Source: Candidatus Limnocylindrales bacterium
Lineage (GTDB): Bacteria > Chloroflexota > Limnocylindria > Limnocylindrales > CSP1-4
Reading direction: 5' to 3'
Assembly: GCA_038251965.1 (NCBI GenBank)
Contig: JBBSAV010000001.1
Location: 28,627 to 92,626, forward strand
DNA length: 64,000 bases
Shown here: one piece after another, positions 9,133 through 19,003 of the stretch
How the letters are laid out: each line of letters opens with the position of its first letter
Numbering within the stretch: position 1 is the stretch's first letter
Program-made: the position numbers and the translations under genes
The notes under the pieces: model-generated
What the model was told of the DNA's origin: nothing
Databases searched by the model: none
Seen by the model: the letters and a program-made list of their open reading frames with translations, nothing else

Positions 9133-9589
9133 GAGCGGTCGAGCTCCCTATGAGATGTACATGGTTCTTTCTAATCTTCTCATCTCATCATCATCTTCAT
9201 GCTGTGGATTGTGATGATGACCCTGCATCGCTGTGCTGCACCCACGCTTATCACTGCGTGACCAGGGTGGCGGATAGCCGGTGAACGATGCGTGCACGGT
9301 TGCCTGTCCAGCGTGGATGACCCATGACAAGACCCACATATGGCCCCCGCCCGCCCACGGTCCTGTTCACCAGCGGGCGATCCGCCCCACGCTGGGGAGA
9401 TCGAGTTCTCCACACTCGCTCCACAGGTCCCCGGTGACCAAGGAACCCCCAAGCAGATCAGCGGGCCTGCCCTCCGGGAACGACCAGCGGCCTTCCTCGC
9501 AGGCTGGCACCATGTCCGGATGGTCGTGACCCGGGGTCGGATGTGAGTGCCGTCCTGACCCTGCTGCTGGTGCTGATGCTGTAGCTGTC
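9133..9589. other. candidate replication-origin module (DUE-like AT-rich tract + DnaA-box-like 9-mers) in dnaA-dnaN spacer
   Basis: 9150-9220 is locally AT-rich (ttctttctaatcttctcatctcatcatcatcttcat) in a ~70% GC genome. DnaA-box-like sites: TTCTCCACA (9407-9415), TGTGGATTG (9204-9212), CGTGGATGA (9312-9320). Confidence 0.4.
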
Positions 9590-9928
9590 GTGACGGAGCT
9601 CCCCATCAGCGCCGGGGACTGGATGGCCGATCGCAGCCTGCGCCAGCTGGCGCTCCGTGACGAGGGGGTCATCGTCTTAGGCATCGAGCGGCCCGACGGC
9701 ACGTACTTCGGGGTGCCTGTCGCCGAGACGGTCATCCAACCCCGGGACGTGCTGATCATCTACAGCCGCCGGGGCGCGCTGTTCCAACTGCACCAGCGAC
9801 GTCGTGACCGCGGGGGCGAAGAAGCTCACCGGGCGGCCGTGAAGGAGCAGACGCGCCTCATCGCTGCGGAGGGATCGGGGGACGCGGACCAGAGGAGGGT
9901 GGACGACGACGCCGGCATGGCGAGCTGA
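9590..9928 (+). CDS. orphan TrkA-C (RCK_C) domain small protein
   Basis: SAGDWMADRSLRQLALRDEGVIVLGIERPDGTYFGVPVAETVIQPRDVLIIYSRRGALFQL fits the TrkA-C fold signature. GC3 is very high (coding-like). No clear SD; the start codon (GTG 9590 or ATG 9623) is uncertain. Charged C-terminal tail. Confidence 0.5.
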   Translation: MTELPISAGDWMADRSLRQLALRDEGVIVLGIERPDGTYFGVPVAETVIQPRDVLIIYSRRGALFQLHQRRRDRGGEEAHRAAVKEQTRLIAAEGSGDADQRRVDDDAGMAS

Positions 9929-9935
9929 CCGGACC

Positions 9936-11324
9936 CTACTTGTCGGAGTAGATCGACTCCCGGACCGCGGCAAGCTCGCGTCGCAACTCCTCGTTGCGAG
10001 ATGCCTCTTGGTCGATCTTCTTGCAGCCGTGCAGGACCGTGGAGTGGTCCCGTCCGCCCAGCTCGGCGCCGATGCGCAGCAGTGATACATCGGTCTCTTC
10101 CCGCATCAGGTACATGGCGATCTGGCGCGGCACGACGATGGCGCGGTCACGCTTCTGGCCTCGCAGCGCGTCCAGCTCCACGTCGTAGTAGTCCGCTACC
10201 GCGATGGCGATCCGCTCTGGTGTGATGGCGCGTTTGCGCGGGCTGTAGAGCACGTTCGAAAGGACGGCTTGTGCCAGGTCGACGCTGATGGGCATGCCCT
10301 GCATGGAGGCATAGGCGACGATGCGATTGAGCGCGCCCTCAAGCTCCCGGATGTTGGACGCGACCTTGCGGGCGATGAACTCCAGTGCGTCAGAGTCGAC
10401 GCGCACACCCTGCTCCTCCGACTTGGTGCGCAGGATGGCGATGCGGGTCTCCAGGTCGGGCGCGGTGAGGTCGGCGATGAGTCCCCACTCGAAGCGGCTG
10501 CGCAGTCGCTCTTCGAGCGTGACGATCTGCTTGGGGGGCCGGTCGCTGGAGAGCACGATCTGCTTGCCGTCCTCGTGGATGGCATTGAAGGTGTGGAAGA
10601 ACTCCTCCTGCGTGCGTTCCTTGTCGGCGATGAACTGGATGTCGTCGATCAGCAGCAGGTCGATCTTGCGGTAGCGCGCACGGAAGCCATCGATGCGCCC
10701 CTGCTGGATGGAGGTGATGAAGTCGTTGGTGAACTTCTCGCTGGTGGCATACACGACTCGCTTTCGCGGAAAACGCTGCGCGACCGCATTGCCGATCGCA
10801 TGCATGAGGTGTGTCTTGCCCAGTCCGACCCCGCCATAGAGGAAGAGCGGGTTGTAGGCCTCGCCCGGACGCTCCGCGACCGACAGGCTGGCCGCATGCG
10901 CCAAACGGTTGGCCGAGCCCACGATGAACGTGCGGAACGTATAGCGTGCATTGAGGTTGACGCTCCCACCCTCCGCGCCGCCCACACGGCCTGGCTCCAC
11001 ACGAACCTTGGGGCTGCGTGCCGGAGGTGCTGCCTTTTGCGGCGCGCGCGGTGCAGGCGCCTCTGCCTCCTCGGGCTCGGGATCGAGGATGTCGAACTCG
11101 ACATTGACGCTGTAGCCCACGATGCGTGCGAGGGTCTGTGCGATCAGCGAGCGATAACGGTTCTCCAGCCAGTCCTTGGCGAAGCCGTTGGGTGCTCCGA
11201 CGCGAAAGAGGTCTCCGTCGACATCGACGAGGGTCGTGTCCTTCAGCCAGGTTTCGTAGTTGGCCGGGGACAGCGACACCTGAAGCTCACCGAGAGTGGC
11301 TCTCCAGACCTGTTTTGCGTCCAT
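9936..11324 (-). CDS. dnaA: chromosomal replication initiator DnaA
   Basis: AAA+ Walker [11 protein letters not shown], DnaA signature and C-terminal DNA-binding domain. Start set at [11 protein letters not shown] (conserved DnaA N-terminus). The longest ORF to 11672 would add a non-conserved 116-aa extension. Confidence 0.93.
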   Translation of the reverse strand: MDAKQVWRATLGELQVSLSPANYETWLKDTTLVDVDGDLFRVGAPNGFAKDWLENRYRSLIAQTLARIVGYSVNVEFDILDPEPEEAEAPAPRAPQKAAPPARSPKVRVEPGRVGGAEGGSVNLNARYTFRTFIVGSANRLAHAASLSVAERPGEAYNPLFLYGGVGLGKTHLMHAIGNAVAQRFPRKRVVYATSEKFTNDFITSIQQGRIDGFRARYRKIDLLLIDDIQFIADKERTQEEFFHTFNAIHEDGKQIVLSSDRPPKQIVTLEERLRSRFEWGLIADLTAPDLETRIAILRTKSEEQGVRVDSDALEFIARKVASNIRELEGALNRIVAYASMQGMPISVDLAQAVLSNVLYSPRKRAITPERIAIAVADYYDVELDALRGQKRDRAIVVPRQIAMYLMREETDVSLLRIGAELGGRDHSTVLHGCKKIDQEASRNEELRRELAAVRESIYSDK

Positions 11325-11717
11325 CGATGGCAACGTGACCCGTATTACGACACGACTTTGCGCTTGGCGGTGCGAATGCCCTCCGAGACACTCCACGCTG
11401 AGGCGCGATCGATACTCCTGGAGGGAACCGGCCCGAACCCTCTCCGGACGTTGTGGCGGTGACTCCAGACTACATCTCCGAGCCCTTCGAAGGGCGCCGG
11501 GGCGGCATACGTTAGCACCGCGTTTCCCGACTGTGCAACGTCCATTGGGCATACCCCCAGGGAGTATCGTTCCCGGCCTTGCCCGAGACTGCCGACAGCG
11601 CCCCGACGTAGCGGTCGACCCCGTACGGGGGTGCCGCCGGAGGCCATCGGGTGGTGGCAGGACGCACCACATATCACTGACCGGCAGCCTCTCCGCACGC
11701 GGCTGCGGCGCATCGGA

Positions 11718-12098
11718 CTACGTCACCCGCTGGCCAGGCTCCGCACCCTCATCGACGCCCAGCAAGGGGATCCCACCAGCCGGCGCAAGGGCCCCCAGGA
11801 CCAGCACCTCGCTGCGAAAGCCGGCCACCCGGCGCGGTGGGAAGTTCACCACCGCCACGACCAACCGACCGACAAGGAGGGCCGGGTCCGGGTACGTCTG
11901 CGTGAGTTGCGCCGATGATCGCCGCTCGCCTGCGGCACCGAAGTCGAGGCGAAGCTTGTACGCGGGTTTGTGTGCGCCGTCGAGCGGACTTGCCTCCAGG
12001 ATGCGGCCGACGCGCAGGTCAAGACGCTCGAAGTCCTCCATGGTGGCGCTGCCGGGCTCAAGGAACGGCACCTCGCTGGGCGGTTGATCGACGGACAT
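11718..12098 (-). CDS. CsaA-like tRNA-binding (OB-fold, EMAP/Myf) domain protein
   Basis: [19 protein letters not shown]...KLRLDFG...VVAVVNFPP matches the tRNA_bind domain pattern. GGAGG lies 8 nt upstream of the ATG at 12098. Confidence 0.65.
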   Translation of the reverse strand: MSVDQPPSEVPFLEPGSATMEDFERLDLRVGRILEASPLDGAHKPAYKLRLDFGAAGERRSSAQLTQTYPDPALLVGRLVVAVVNFPPRRVAGFRSEVLVLGALAPAGGIPLLGVDEGAEPGQRVT

Positions 12099-12279
12099 GC
12101 AAGCTTCCTCCGGTCTGCGGCGACTGTCGCGTATAATCCGCTCCATCCGAGGTGGGCGTGCGCCCGGGACGACCACAAGTGGTCTACCGTGCCCGTTGTC
12201 CGCATCGTCCACATCCGCACCGGCAGGCCGGTCTCCCCAAGTCGAACCCGACCGCCTGCTCGAAGGAGCCCAGTTCCCA

Positions 12280-12417
12280 GTGACCAAGCAGACCTATCAG
12301 CCCAAGAAGCGCCATCGCGCTAGGGAGCATGGCTTCCGCAAGCGGATGAAGAGCCAGGGTGGCCGCAACGTCCTCGCCGCTCGGCGGGCACGTGGCCGCA
12401 AGAAGCTCACCGTCTGA
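12280..12417 (+). CDS. rpmH: 50S ribosomal protein L34
   Basis: [45 protein letters not shown]; GTG start; divergent from dnaA. Confidence 0.9.
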   Translation: MTKQTYQPKKRHRAREHGFRKRMKSQGGRNVLAARRARGRKKLTV

Positions 12418-12442
12418 CGGCCGGCAGACCTGACCCGGGGCC

Positions 12443-12781
12443 GTGCCGACGCTCCGATCACGGGCGGACTTCGCTCGCGTCAGCAGCAAGGGACGTTCCC
12501 GATCGGACCGACTCATGGTCGTCCGTTTCGTACCCAATGACCGCGATCACGACCGCTATGGCATCTCGACCGGCCGACGCCTTGGAGGCGCCGTCCGTCG
12601 TAACCGTGTGCGTCGGCGCCTGCGCGAGATCCTGCGCGGGGCACCCAACGACAGCGGCCACGGCTGGGACGTCCTCATCGTTGCTCGGCCCGCTGCCGTG
12701 GACGCTTCGTTCGACGAGGTGCGCAGCGCCCTGGAGCGCCTGCTCGGAAGCATCCGCGGCTCGGTGACGAGGTCTTCATGA
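12443..12781 (+). CDS. rnpA: RNase P protein component
   Basis: RNR motif region VRRNRVRRRLRE; follows rpmH. Confidence 0.9.
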   Translation: MPTLRSRADFARVSSKGRSRSDRLMVVRFVPNDRDHDRYGISTGRRLGGAVRRNRVRRRLREILRGAPNDSGHGWDVLIVARPAAVDASFDEVRSALERLLGSIRGSVTRSS

Positions 12782-13008
12782 TGGCGACCGGTGGCCTTCC
12801 GCGACGCTTCGGGATCGGCCTGATCCACGTCTATCGTAAGACGCTTTCTCCGCTTTTTGCCGGTTCGTGCCGGTATGAACCATCCTGCTCGGAGTACACG
12901 GAGCAGGCCATCCAGAAGTACGGGCTCGCGAAGGGCAGCTGGATGGGTGCCAAGCGCATCGCCAGTTGCGGTCCATGGCGTCCCGGCGGCTATGACCCGG
13001 TGAAGTGA
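12778..13008 (+). CDS. yidD: membrane protein insertion efficiency factor YidD
   Basis: IHVYRKTLSPLFAGSCRYEPSCSEYTEQAI; 4-nt overlaps with both neighbours. Confidence 0.9.
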   Translation: MMATGGLPRRFGIGLIHVYRKTLSPLFAGSCRYEPSCSEYTEQAIQKYGLAKGSWMGAKRIASCGPWRPGGYDPVK

Positions 13009-14435
13009 TGCGTATCCGATCCGCCCTCGCGGCACCCTTCCGACTGGCTCCCCTGGACCTGCTGGCGGCCATCGCCATCGCGATGATCGCCTTGAGCATG
13101 GTTGCCGGACCGGTCTTTTCGCAGGATAAGAGTCCCTCAGCCCGGCCCACGCTCGGGGCGGCGGCCAGCCCGTCGCCTGTGTCCACCGCCGTGGCCGATG
13201 GCTCGCCCCGGCCCGATGGCTCCCGGGCACCAGTGGCCACGACCGCGCCAGCCAGATCGGTGGCCCCCGACGTTACGCCGGCGCCCACGCTCATGCCCGG
13301 TGCCTCGACGACCGAGGACCCATGCGCACCCAGGCCGACGCCTGATCCGAACTCGACGCCACACCCCGACGCTACCGCCGCGCCCAATCCCAACCTGTGT
13401 CCGGCGCAGCCGGACGGCGCCAACCCGCTGGGCCTGCTGGCCTGGGCATTCACACCGATCTTCCAGGTCATCTTCATCGGCCTGGCCTTCCTGTACAGCA
13501 TCACTGGCGATATCGGCATCGCCATCATCCTGCTCACGATCATCATCCGGACGCTGATGATCCCGATCTTCCGCATGCAGATCGTGTCCCAACGGCGCAT
13601 GCAGATGCTGCAACCGGAGCTGAAGGCCATCCAGACCAAGTACAAGGGTGACCGGACCAAGATCTCCGAGCAGCAGATGCTGTTGTACAAGGACCGCGGG
13701 GTCAATCCCGCCTCGGGCTGCCTGCCGGCGGTGCTGCAGATGGTCCTGCTGCTCCCGATGTACCAGGTCTTCACCGCGGGCCTGAAGGCACCGGATATCA
13801 GCTCCATGCTGCACCCCTTCGGTGTCCAGTTGGTGAACGTGCAGTGCCAGCACCCGGGCGACCCGTACGCGCCATGCATCGACCCCGACATCCCCTGGTT
13901 GGCCTGGATCCCCAAGATCGACAACGGATTCCAGTTGCCGGGCTATCCGGGCGGCCTGCCCTCCAACCATCCCGAGATCTTCGTCATCCTCATCGCTGGC
14001 TTCGGTCTCTCGCTGCTGGCATTGGTCTCGGCTGGTCTGCAGTTGATCCAGACCCGCATGATGATGACCCGCAGCACGGATCCGTCCCAGGCCACCCAGC
14101 AGAAGATGTTCCTGCTGCTGCCGGCCTTCTCGCTGATCTACGGCGCCATCCTGCCTGCCGGCCTCTTCGTCTACTGGATCACCACCACCATCTTCAGCAT
14201 CGTCCAGCAGTTCCTGATCAACGGCTACGGCGGACTCTTCCCGTTGTTCGGCTGGACGCCAGGCTTTGCCCGGGATCATCAACCACGCTTCCCGGTCAGC
14301 ATGCCGGAACCCAAACCTGCCGCCGTGAACGCGGACGGCACCACCCAGACCACCAAGCGCTCCACCAAGGAGAGCGCCGCGGGCACCATCAAGCCGGCCA
14401 GGCGACGCAGCCGCCGGCGAGGGAGACGTCGATGA
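13005..14435 (+). CDS. yidC: membrane protein insertase YidC (with ~150-aa Pro/Ala/Thr-rich N-terminal low-complexity region)
   Basis: Conserved YidC/Oxa1 core: IAIILLTIIIRTLMIPIF, KYKGDRTKISEQQMLLYKDRGVNPASGCLP. Confidence 0.9.
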   Translation: MMRIRSALAAPFRLAPLDLLAAIAIAMIALSMVAGPVFSQDKSPSARPTLGAAASPSPVSTAVADGSPRPDGSRAPVATTAPARSVAPDVTPAPTLMPGASTTEDPCAPRPTPDPNSTPHPDATAAPNPNLCPAQPDGANPLGLLAWAFTPIFQVIFIGLAFLYSITGDIGIAIILLTIIIRTLMIPIFRMQIVSQRRMQMLQPELKAIQTKYKGDRTKISEQQMLLYKDRGVNPASGCLPAVLQMVLLLPMYQVFTAGLKAPDISSMLHPFGVQLVNVQCQHPGDPYAPCIDPDIPWLAWIPKIDNGFQLPGYPGGLPSNHPEIFVILIAGFGLSLLALVSAGLQLIQTRMMMTRSTDPSQATQQKMFLLLPAFSLIYGAILPAGLFVYWITTTIFSIVQQFLINGYGGLFPLFGWTPGFARDHQPRFPVSMPEPKPAAVNADGTTQTTKRSTKESAAGTIKPARRRSRRRGRRR

Positions 14436-15388
14436 GCGAATACCAGGAGTTCACGGGCAAGACCGTCGAGGAGGCCCTCAAGAACGCGCGCGAGCAGTTC
14501 GGCGTGGGGGGCTTGCAGGACCTCGACTTCGAGATCCTGACACAAGGCAGCCGGGGCGTGTTGGGCATGGGCGCTGAGGTCGCCCGCATCATCGCGGCGC
14601 CACGGTCGGCGCTGGGGGGCTCGACTCCCAAGAAGCAGGCCGCACGGACGGCTCCGCCACCGCCACCAGCACCACCGCGCGAGGACCGTCCGCGCGAGCC
14701 CCGGCCTGCCACCGAGGACACGCTTGGTGAGCAGCCGCGCGAGCCCCAGCCCCGCCGTCGGAGCGATGAGCGCAGCAGTGCTGCCGATGGCGGCCGCCGC
14801 ACTCGCGGAGGCAGCCGTTCACAGGAGGCCTCGACGGTGAGCGCCGCCGCCGTGACGGAGCTTGAGGCGGCAGTGGCCGCCGGTTCCACGGCCAAGGCAG
14901 ATGCGTCCGGCGACAGCGAGACATCGCCCGAGGCGCTCGAGGCCGGCAAGCAGATCCTCGAGCGACTCGTGGAGATGATGGGCTACGACGCCAACGTCGA
15001 GGTCACCACCGGTGCCACCGCAAAGATCACCGTCTACGGCGCCGACGAAGATGAGACGGAGGCGCTGGGCGCGCTCATCGGCCGCAAGGGCGAGCGACTC
15101 TCCGCGCTTCAGCATCTCGTCAACCTCATGCTCTCGCGCAAGATGGGCACCTGGACCCGCGTGCTCGTCGATGTCGAGGACTACCGCGGTCGTCGTGAGC
15201 GCCAGTTGATCGAGGTCGCGACACGTGCCGCCGAACGCGTCAACGAGACCGGGCAGATGCTGCAACTGGAGCCGATGTCAGCGCTGGAGCGCCGCTGGGT
15301 GCACCTGGCGCTGCGCGACGTCGATGGCATCGCCACGCAGTCGATCGGCGAAGAGCCCACACGCCGCGTCGTCGTCATCAAGGCCTAG
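14432..15388 (+). CDS. khpB: Jag/KhpB (R3H RNA-binding protein) with internal low-complexity linker
   Basis: Jag_N MSEYQEFTGKTVEEALKNAREQFG; KH/R3H C-terminus RRVVVIKA; ATGA overlap with yidC. Confidence 0.8.
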   Translation: MSEYQEFTGKTVEEALKNAREQFGVGGLQDLDFEILTQGSRGVLGMGAEVARIIAAPRSALGGSTPKKQAARTAPPPPPAPPREDRPREPRPATEDTLGEQPREPQPRRRSDERSSAADGGRRTRGGSRSQEASTVSAAAVTELEAAVAAGSTAKADASGDSETSPEALEAGKQILERLVEMMGYDANVEVTTGATAKITVYGADEDETEALGALIGRKGERLSALQHLVNLMLSRKMGTWTRVLVDVEDYRGRRERQLIEVATRAAERVNETGQMLQLEPMSALERRWVHLALRDVDGIATQSIGEEPTRRVVVIKA

Positions 15389-15493
15389 CTCGCCGGCCCG
15401 CGACGCGGCCACACACAGCGGGCACGCACCGATAGCGACGCACACCATGGCACGACCCCGTCGAGCTGACGGGGTCGTGCCATATCTGCGAGT

Positions 15494-15869
15494 TGGTGGA
15501 GATGGGGGAGAGTCGAACTCCCCGTCCAGAACCTTCTGCCGAAGACCACTACGAGCGTATCCGATGGTTTGTCGTCGATCCTGCGAACCAGCATCGGCAC
15601 CGTGCCGCAGGATCCAGTCACGTCCCCTTGCGGGCTTGACTCCGAGCTACGTGACGCTGACCCGGAGCGCATCCTCGCTAAGTGACGCTTCCGCGGCCCG
15701 CGAGGACGAGGCCGTTTCCACGCTCACCTTACAGCCTTAGGCTGCGAGGGCGAGAGCAGGCTGGCGGTTGTTGCCAGTTACTTCTTGGTGCCACCTGATT
15801 AACGAGGCCCGATGGCAACCTCGACTCGCGTTCTTCGGGGTTGGGGCCCTGTCGAGACCACGCATCCCC
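15494..15869 (-). ncRNA. ssrA: tmRNA (transfer-messenger RNA)
   Basis: Reverse complement gives a 5' end GGGGAUGCGUGGUCUCGACAGGG and a 3' end GGACGGGGAGUUCGACUCUCCCCCAUCUCCACCA (T-arm + acceptor + CCA). Tag ORF ...AAC AAC CGC CAG CCU GCU CUC GCC CUC GCA GCC UAA gives xNNRQPALALAA. Immediately downstream of smpB. Confidence 0.85.
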
Positions 15870-15938
15870 ATGGAAGAAGCAGTATAGCGGTCGAACGCCT
15901 GTTCTGTCCCCGCTTGGGCCGGCCATCAGCGTCCGCCG

Positions 15939-16400
15939 TCAGCGCCCGCGCATGGCATCGGCCACCTCGCGGTCCATGTCACGCTTGGCGTCACGATCGG
16001 CGATGTCACGGCGGTGGTCGTAGCTCTTCTTGCCGCGGGCCAGGCCGATCTCGACCTTGGCCCTGCCGCGATCGTTGAAGTACACGCTGAGCGGCACCAG
16101 CGTGAGCCCCTTGGCCTTGGTGCGACCGAGCAGCTCATCGATCTGGCGGCGGTGCAGCAGCAGCTTGCGCGTGCGCAGCGGCTCGTGGTTGTTGCGGTTG
16201 CCGCCCGCCCACGGCGCGATGTGCACACCGACCAGCCACGCCTCACCACGCTCGATTCTGGCGTAGGCGTCCTTGAGGTTGAGGTTGCTGGCCCGTACCG
16301 ACTTGATCTCGGTGCCGGTCAGCTCGATGCCAGCCTCCAGGGTGTCCTCGATGGTGTACAGGTGGCGGGCTTTTCGGTTCTTGGCGACGGTCTTGCCCAT
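15939..16400 (-). CDS. smpB: SsrA-binding protein SmpB
   Basis: [28 protein letters not shown]... Confidence 0.95.
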   Translation of the reverse strand: MGKTVAKNRKARHLYTIEDTLEAGIELTGTEIKSVRASNLNLKDAYARIERGEAWLVGVHIAPWAGGNRNNHEPLRTRKLLLHRRQIDELLGRTKAKGLTLVPLSVYFNDRGRAKVEIGLARGKKSYDHRRDIADRDAKRDMDREVADAMRGR

Positions 16401-16692
16401 CGATGGGCTCCTTGGGCGATCGCGGGTGTGAAGGCGACCCGGTCATGGGGGTCGCAGGGACGAACGAACGCCGGCCCAGAGGGGCCGGCGTCCTCGTGGC
16501 GATACACCACCCGGTCGGCTCGACTAGCGCCGAACCTCCGAGGCGGTGCAGCTACTTAAACGACTATCCATTGCACACCACCTCCTTTCGTTCGCGGAAA
16601 CGGTACCGCAACTGTCGACTCTCGGCAAGGGGGTGTGTGACGATCGTGTTGCAGGAGCTCGCCGCGGTCGCGGCATGGTGGACAGCTGGCGC

Positions 16693-18087
16693 TTACGGCA
16701 TCTCCGACGGCAGCGGCCGGATCGAGGTTCCCGGCGAGGCCGCTGCCGGTGACACGGCGGACGCGGCCGACGGGGACGGCGACACTCCGGGCATCGGCTG
16801 CTCCAGCAGCAGCGCGATGGCGGTCTGCAGTTGGCCGTCGAGCGACGGATCGCCTCCGGCTACGCCCGGCCGGAAGCGCTGGCCGGTCGCGGGGACGAAG
16901 GCATCCGGCGACAACCCGGTGCCATCGATGGGGTTCTTGTCCCGGGTCAGCCAGGTCGCGACCGAGAGACGGAAGCCGCCGTTCTCGCCGGGCAGCTCCG
17001 TCCATTCCTGCACCGTGCCCTTGCCGAACGATGGCTCCCCCAGCAGGCGAGCACGGCCGGAGTCCTGGAGCGACCCCGCGAGGATCTCGCTGGCCGATGC
17101 CGAGCCACCATTCATCAAGACGACCACTGGCAACCCTGGGTCGGTGGCCAAGCCACCCTCGATGACGTTCACGGCCGTCTGCCGGCCCGCCGCATCCTCT
17201 TCCCAGAAGACCACGCCATCGTCGAGGAACTGGCTGCTGATCGCCACCGTCGCATCCACGAAGCCGCCCGGATCATCGCGCACGTCCACGATGAAGGCCT
17301 CGACCCCAGCGTCCAGTTGCCCTTCGAGGGCCGCCCTGAAGTGGTCGGCGGCGTTGACGCCGAAGCTGTCGATGGCCAGGTAGCCGACCCGCCCGTCGGC
17401 CAGGAGGGCCGAGTGGACATCCTCGCTGACGACCGTGTCGCGTGTGATGGCCAGATCCAGCGTCTCGCCATCACGCTGCACTGTCAGCACCACCTCACTG
17501 CCGCGCGGACCGAGGATGTGACGCACCGCATCGTCGATGGGGCTGCCCGCGAGCGTCTCACCGTCGACAGCGGTGACGAGGTCATCGACCTGCAGCCCGG
17601 CCGCCTGCGCCGGGGCGCCGGCCAGGACATCGAGCACGCGCAGCGTACAGCCTGTGCCGATGGGCTCACATGGCTCGCCGGAAGCATCCTCGGTGGCCAT
17701 GACCGCACCCACACCCTCGAACTCGCCGCGGGCATCGTCGAGCGCCGCCCCGAACTGGCCAGGAGGCATATAGCCGGAGTGGGGATCGCCGAGGACATCG
17801 AACATGCCCGCGATGGCGCCCTCGACCAACTCCTTGGGCGCGGGTGTTCCGATGTATCGCTCGGTGATGCTGCGATAGGTCTCGCTGAAGGCCTCGACAG
17901 CAGCGCGCTCATCGGCGGTGCGCCCGCTGGTCTGGCTCCCGAGGCTAAGACCAGCCCAGAAGACCACCGCGGCCGAGACCGCCAGCAGCACCATGGCCGT
18001 GAGGCCGACCGTCGGCCCACCGCCAGGGCGGGGCGTGTGGGGTGGTGGCGGCTTTCCCGGCTGGGTCGGTTCGTGGGGGGTGGTCAT
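16693..18087 (-). CDS. ctpA: S41 family C-terminal processing peptidase
   Basis: PDZ + S41 catalytic region GGSASASEILAGSLQD...GEPSFGKGTVQ. N-terminal TM. Start trimmed to the ATG just downstream of the ftsX stop; the longest ORF would reach 18171. Confidence 0.85.
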   Translation of the reverse strand: MTTPHEPTQPGKPPPPHTPRPGGGPTVGLTAMVLLAVSAAVVFWAGLSLGSQTSGRTADERAAVEAFSETYRSITERYIGTPAPKELVEGAIAGMFDVLGDPHSGYMPPGQFGAALDDARGEFEGVGAVMATEDASGEPCEPIGTGCTLRVLDVLAGAPAQAAGLQVDDLVTAVDGETLAGSPIDDAVRHILGPRGSEVVLTVQRDGETLDLAITRDTVVSEDVHSALLADGRVGYLAIDSFGVNAADHFRAALEGQLDAGVEAFIVDVRDDPGGFVDATVAISSQFLDDGVVFWEEDAAGRQTAVNVIEGGLATDPGLPVVVLMNGGSASASEILAGSLQDSGRARLLGEPSFGKGTVQEWTELPGENGGFRLSVATWLTRDKNPIDGTGLSPDAFVPATGQRFRPGVAGGDPSLDGQLQTAIALLLEQPMPGVSPSPSAASAVSPAAASPGTSIRPLPSEMP

Positions 18088-18106
18088 GGAGCGATGAGGG
18101 GTCGTG

Positions 18107-18991
18107 CTAGCGCAGGTACGTGCGCACGCTGATCCAGGCACCCAGGCCGCCGAGGCCAAGACCGGCGCCAAGCACGATACCCATGATCTGTAGCGTCAAC
18201 GAACTGTCGAAACCGAGCGGCACCGATCCGGCGATGTCGCTGGCGAGATCACTGATCGGCGGCGAAGCGACGAGCAGCAACAGCAACGTGATGACCGCAC
18301 CCGTGATGCCGATAAAGACGCCCTCGAGGATGAACGGCCAGCGCACATAGCGATCCGATGCGCCGACGAGGCGCATGATCTCGATCTCCTGCGCGCGCGC
18401 CATCAAGGCCATGCGGATGCTGTTGATGACGATGAGCAGCACGGTGAGACCAGCGAAACCGAGCACGACCACGCCCAGGTTGCGCAGCTGCGAGGTCAGG
18501 CTGACAAGCTTGTCGATTCCCGTCTGCTGATCAGGCACGAAACGCACCAGGCCGGTCTCCGCTCGCAGTATCTCCGTCACCGCCCCCGACTCGCGGGGGT
18601 TCCGCAGCTCCACGGTGAGATACGCCGGCAGTGGGTTGTTGAGGCCGGTATAGACGCTCGTATCCTGGCCCTCGGCTTTGCGTGCGGCAAGGAATGCAGC
18701 CAGCGCTTCCTCCTTGCTGGTGTACGTAACGGAGGCGACCTCAGCGAGTGCCTCCACGCGCGTCTGCAACTCGGCGATGCGCTCCTCCAGCACACCATCG
18801 TGCAGCTCGGCGGTCACCTCCACCTTGGATTCGACGTACTCAAGGCCCGATTCGACGCCGGAGATCAGGATCACCAGCGCCGCCAGCATCAACAACATCA
18901 GGATCATGGTGACCGTGGCGGCGATGTTCATCACGCGGTTGCGCCACAAGCCCTGAAGGGATTGGCGCACGGAGAAGCGCAGGAAGTGCAT
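18107..18991 (-). CDS. ftsX: cell division permease FtsX
   Basis: FtsX_ECD + 4 TM; follows ftsE. Confidence 0.9.
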   Translation of the reverse strand: MHFLRFSVRQSLQGLWRNRVMNIAATVTMILMLLMLAALVILISGVESGLEYVESKVEVTAELHDGVLEERIAELQTRVEALAEVASVTYTSKEEALAAFLAARKAEGQDTSVYTGLNNPLPAYLTVELRNPRESGAVTEILRAETGLVRFVPDQQTGIDKLVSLTSQLRNLGVVVLGFAGLTVLLIVINSIRMALMARAQEIEIMRLVGASDRYVRWPFILEGVFIGITGAVITLLLLLVASPPISDLASDIAGSVPLGFDSSLTLQIMGIVLGAGLGLGGLGAWISVRTYLR

Positions 18992-19003
18992 CAGCGCGCC
19001 GCT

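Noticed and set aside
11296-12087. 263-aa plus-strand ORF in the dnaA-rpmH spacer
   Set aside because: Pro/Arg/Ser-rich, no motifs; antisense to the better-supported CsaA-like gene.
13137-14282. 381-aa minus-strand ORF
   Set aside because: Antisense to yidC.
15389-15938. Search for rnpB, SRP RNA or a riboswitch in the jag-smpB gap
   Set aside because: The gap is fully explained by the tmRNA gene; no RNase P or SRP signatures were seen.
16403-17383. 326-aa plus-strand ORF
   Set aside because: Antisense to ctpA; low-complexity Ser/Pro/Arg content typical of shadow ORFs.
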